Positions 61,348 to 64,000 of a DNA stretch of 64,000 bases are shown here, one piece after another. A program made the translations under genes and the position numbers. Every line of letters starts with the position of its first letter. Positions within the stretch are counted from its first letter, which is position 1. The notes beneath the pieces were generated by a model that saw only the letters and a list, made by a program, of their open reading frames with translations, was not told the origin of the DNA and searched no databases. Location: assembly GCA_043228905.1 (NCBI GenBank), contig JBHGNT010000008.1, positions 19,778,001 to 19,842,000 of the forward strand, given 5' to 3'. This DNA is from Azolla caroliniana. Lineage: Eukaryota > Plantae > Polypodiophyta.

Positions 61348-61738
61348 TGAAAGGAAACGTTGTCGCAGATTTCTGCGATTATGTGTTGAAACGGGGCGGG
61401 ACCACTGGGGTCTCAGACCAAGGAGCCGGTAAAGGAAGAGATATTATCTGGATCTGTTTTCGGATAGCTTCACCGGAGCGCAGTCCGGACAAGTGTCCGG
61501 ATGCCGGATGATGAGCACACGGGCTCGGAGGCACACAGTGTTCCGAACTAGTCACCGGATGTTGGACGATGAGCACAAGGGCTCGGAAGCACCGACAACA
61601 TGCAAGGGGAATGAAAAACAGAAAAGGAAGTTGGAGGCTCAACACCAAGAGACGAATCAAGCACAACAAACAAGTTGGATTAAACTGCAAAGGAATACAA
61701 CTGGATTGGGCCAACAACAGAGCTTCGTGCTGTTGAAA

Positions 61739-61747
61739 CCCCCCCCC

Positions 61748-61778
<31 letters not shown>

Positions 61779-61785
61779 ACACACA
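61739..61785. repeat. poly(C)-(CA)n microsatellite
   Basis: About C26 followed by about (AC)10. Confidence 0.9.
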
Positions 61786-62249
61786 AGTGGACCTGTGATC
61801 AGGAGCACACAGGCTTCCTGCATGAAACAGAGGCCTCACTACCACTCAACGGATACACAAAATAAGAAAACGGAAATCTCCAAAGCTCGGTCCACCAACA
61901 CTTCGTTCTCCAAAATCCTGGATCCCACCCTTAGTCGTGTCTCCCTCCTTTTTTAGTTCAAGGAGAGAGAGACTGTTACATCATGTTGTTAAGACAACCA
62001 CTTTCTGTCCTGATTCTCTGCTCGATTTCCTCCCATCAATCCCTATTATCCCTCTCTATTCGTGTGGGACATAAAGTACCCATTACCTACTCTACCTAGT
62101 ACTTTAAATACTTTGTTCATATTTACATTTCTTTGTACATCGGTCTTTGTTTATGTGCATACTTGCACATCCTCGTTCATGCACATTCGGTGAGGTTTCA
62201 GCTTCTGGCCAGAACTCCCCACAACAACGTTCTTTGCAACAACCGAGAT

Positions 62250-62650
62250 TCAAACATAGAATGGAAGAAATGAACTGAGAATGGAAATGCACTTCCTCGG
62301 AAATGAGATGACACTGGATGTTTACGTGGAAAACCCTAATCGGGAAAAACCAAGAGAGCCCATTGACTCTGAATTGTGCAGTATAGGAGAGGCAAAACAA
62401 CAAGAGACTCTGAGGCAACAACCTCGAGCTCTTCTTCATCTATACGACGGTTACAATAATCTTTCTCTCTCTGTCTCTGTTTCTCTTTTACACTCTCTAC
62501 ACAATTACTCTCTACACAATGACAACAACAACAATGAACTAACTAACACTATTTGCCCTAGTTATATTTATACTTATATAACTTTCGGGCTAATCACAAG
62601 TATAGCCTCTATAGGCATGACTGAACATATTTACTAATATGTTAATTTTT
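62250..62650 (-). mobile_element. Partial LTR related to the copia LTR at 1161-1838, reverse orientation; boundaries approximate
   Basis: Reverse-complement matches: GTGGAAAACCCTA..CGGGAAAAACCA and TTTGCCCTA..ATATTTATAC..ATA.AACTTTCGGGCTA. Confidence 0.65.
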
Positions 62651-62659
62651 TGGGTTCAC

Positions 62660-63460
62660 ACCAAGTCCAGCCGAATACCTTTCGGAAGTGTCCCATCTGG
62701 AGGTGAAAAACGTGCACCTTGATAAGTGTGCAGACTGTTTGGTAGGCAAGTAAAACATAACCTCTTTCCGGTCGAGACCACCAATGAGAAGAAAGGCATC
62801 GCTTGAAGTTATGCACACCAACGTATGCTCTGTGGACACGAAGTCACATGTCGGGTCGTAGTGCTTTCTGACCTTCATAGATGACTCAACTGGAAGATGT
62901 GGGTCACCACACCGAAGATGAAAGACGAGGTATTGCCTGTTTTCAAGGAATTCCAAACGAGGGCAAAGAGAGAATCCGGCCGGACCCTCAAAGCGGTACA
63001 AGCGGATAACGGAGGCGAATATTGAGGGCAATTCGAGGAGTACTACCTGTCGAAGGGAATCTGGCTCGAATATTCTGTGCTGAAGACGCTAGAGTTTAAC
63101 AGGTTGGCCAAGAGGATGAACCAGACAACCATGGAGCGAGTCTAAAGCATGCTTGCACATGGAAAAATGCCCAAGACATTCTAGGTTGAGGCATTGATGA
63201 TTGTGATGTATGTGATAAACAGAACACTGTCAACAGCCTTGGAGGGGGATATTCCACAAAGGGTGTGGACCAGCAATGGCGTGTCTTACCAGCACCTAAC
63301 GGTGTTCGGTTGCCTTGCGCATTTGCATGTTGTAAAGGAAAAAAGGGAAAATTTGGACACAAAGACTCGGCCATGCATATTCCTTCGATATGGCGACAAT
63401 GAGTTTGGCTATCGACTACGGAACCTAGCCGAGAAGAAAGTGATCCAGAGTAGGGACATA
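62660..63460 (+). pseudogene. pol: Tork/Tnt1-like copia integrase fragment
   Basis: C..CLVGK, LE.MHT.VC, FLTFIDDST, ADNGGEY and VFGCLA..HV.KEKR..LD.KT.PCIFL.YGDNEFGYRL..KKVIQSRD remnants. Confidence 0.8.
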
Positions 63461-64000
63461 GGCCTCATGGTGTCAACAGTTCTTTTGAAAGTGCCCCATC
63501 TTCCCACCATAGAAGCAAGTGCACCTTTCCCTCGACTTCAACCTCATCTCCGACTTATCCCGGTTCTGGGGGCTTCTATTTTCGGCCTCTTTCTCAATTC
63601 ATTTCACTTTCCATGACTAAGGACTTTGGGTCGGAAATTGCTTCTCAGTCCTTCCGGCGACCTTCTTCATTTAGTAGGCTCGACTTCACCTTCACTAGGG
63701 ATAAGTGCTTCCCTTCCGGTTCGGCGTTGCCTTACGTGACAACGAGCGCCTCCCAGTTGTCCAGAAGGGATCGTAGCATTAGTAATGCTAGTACCTCGTC
63801 GGCTAAAGGTACTTCCAATTATGTGTTCTTATTTACTAGTCCCTAGAAGGCGTTCAGGTGCGGGACGTGTATACGATCTGAACTAGTCTCCAGGTGTTGA
63901 ACGATAAGCACACGGGCTCGACACGCGTTATTGGTTCCGAAGCTGCACTAGATAGCGAACAATGAGCTCACAAGCTCACAAACGTAAGCGAGAAGGAGTG

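Overview
Repeat-dominated eukaryotic nuclear DNA from a plant, most likely a non-seed land plant such as a fern (inferred from a Tcn1-type chromovirus, a Sola/DUF7869-like transposase and TTTAGGG telomere motifs). Nearly all of it is a nested stack of decayed transposons: Tork/Tnt1-like and other Ty1/copia elements, two Athila-like Ty3/gypsy elements (A 2561-12572 +, B 15059-31055 -), a chromodomain gypsy (C) with a solo LTR inside it, a Tcn1-like element (D) carrying an HSE array and an apparent self-priming site, a hAT MITE, LINE remnants and a DNA transposase fragment. The only clear host gene is an intact, intronless, secreted PR-1 (CAP-family) gene at 45746-46270, with a pseudogenised duplicate about 10 kb downstream. 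The most unusual observation is that both Athila-like elements lack a polypurine tract before the 3' LTR. In its place they carry a conserved sense copy of a tRNA 3' end (TGGGTTCGA...CGTGCCA), which suggests tRNA-primed or tRNA-mimic plus-strand synthesis. All calls were made by eye without database searches, and clade names are tentative.
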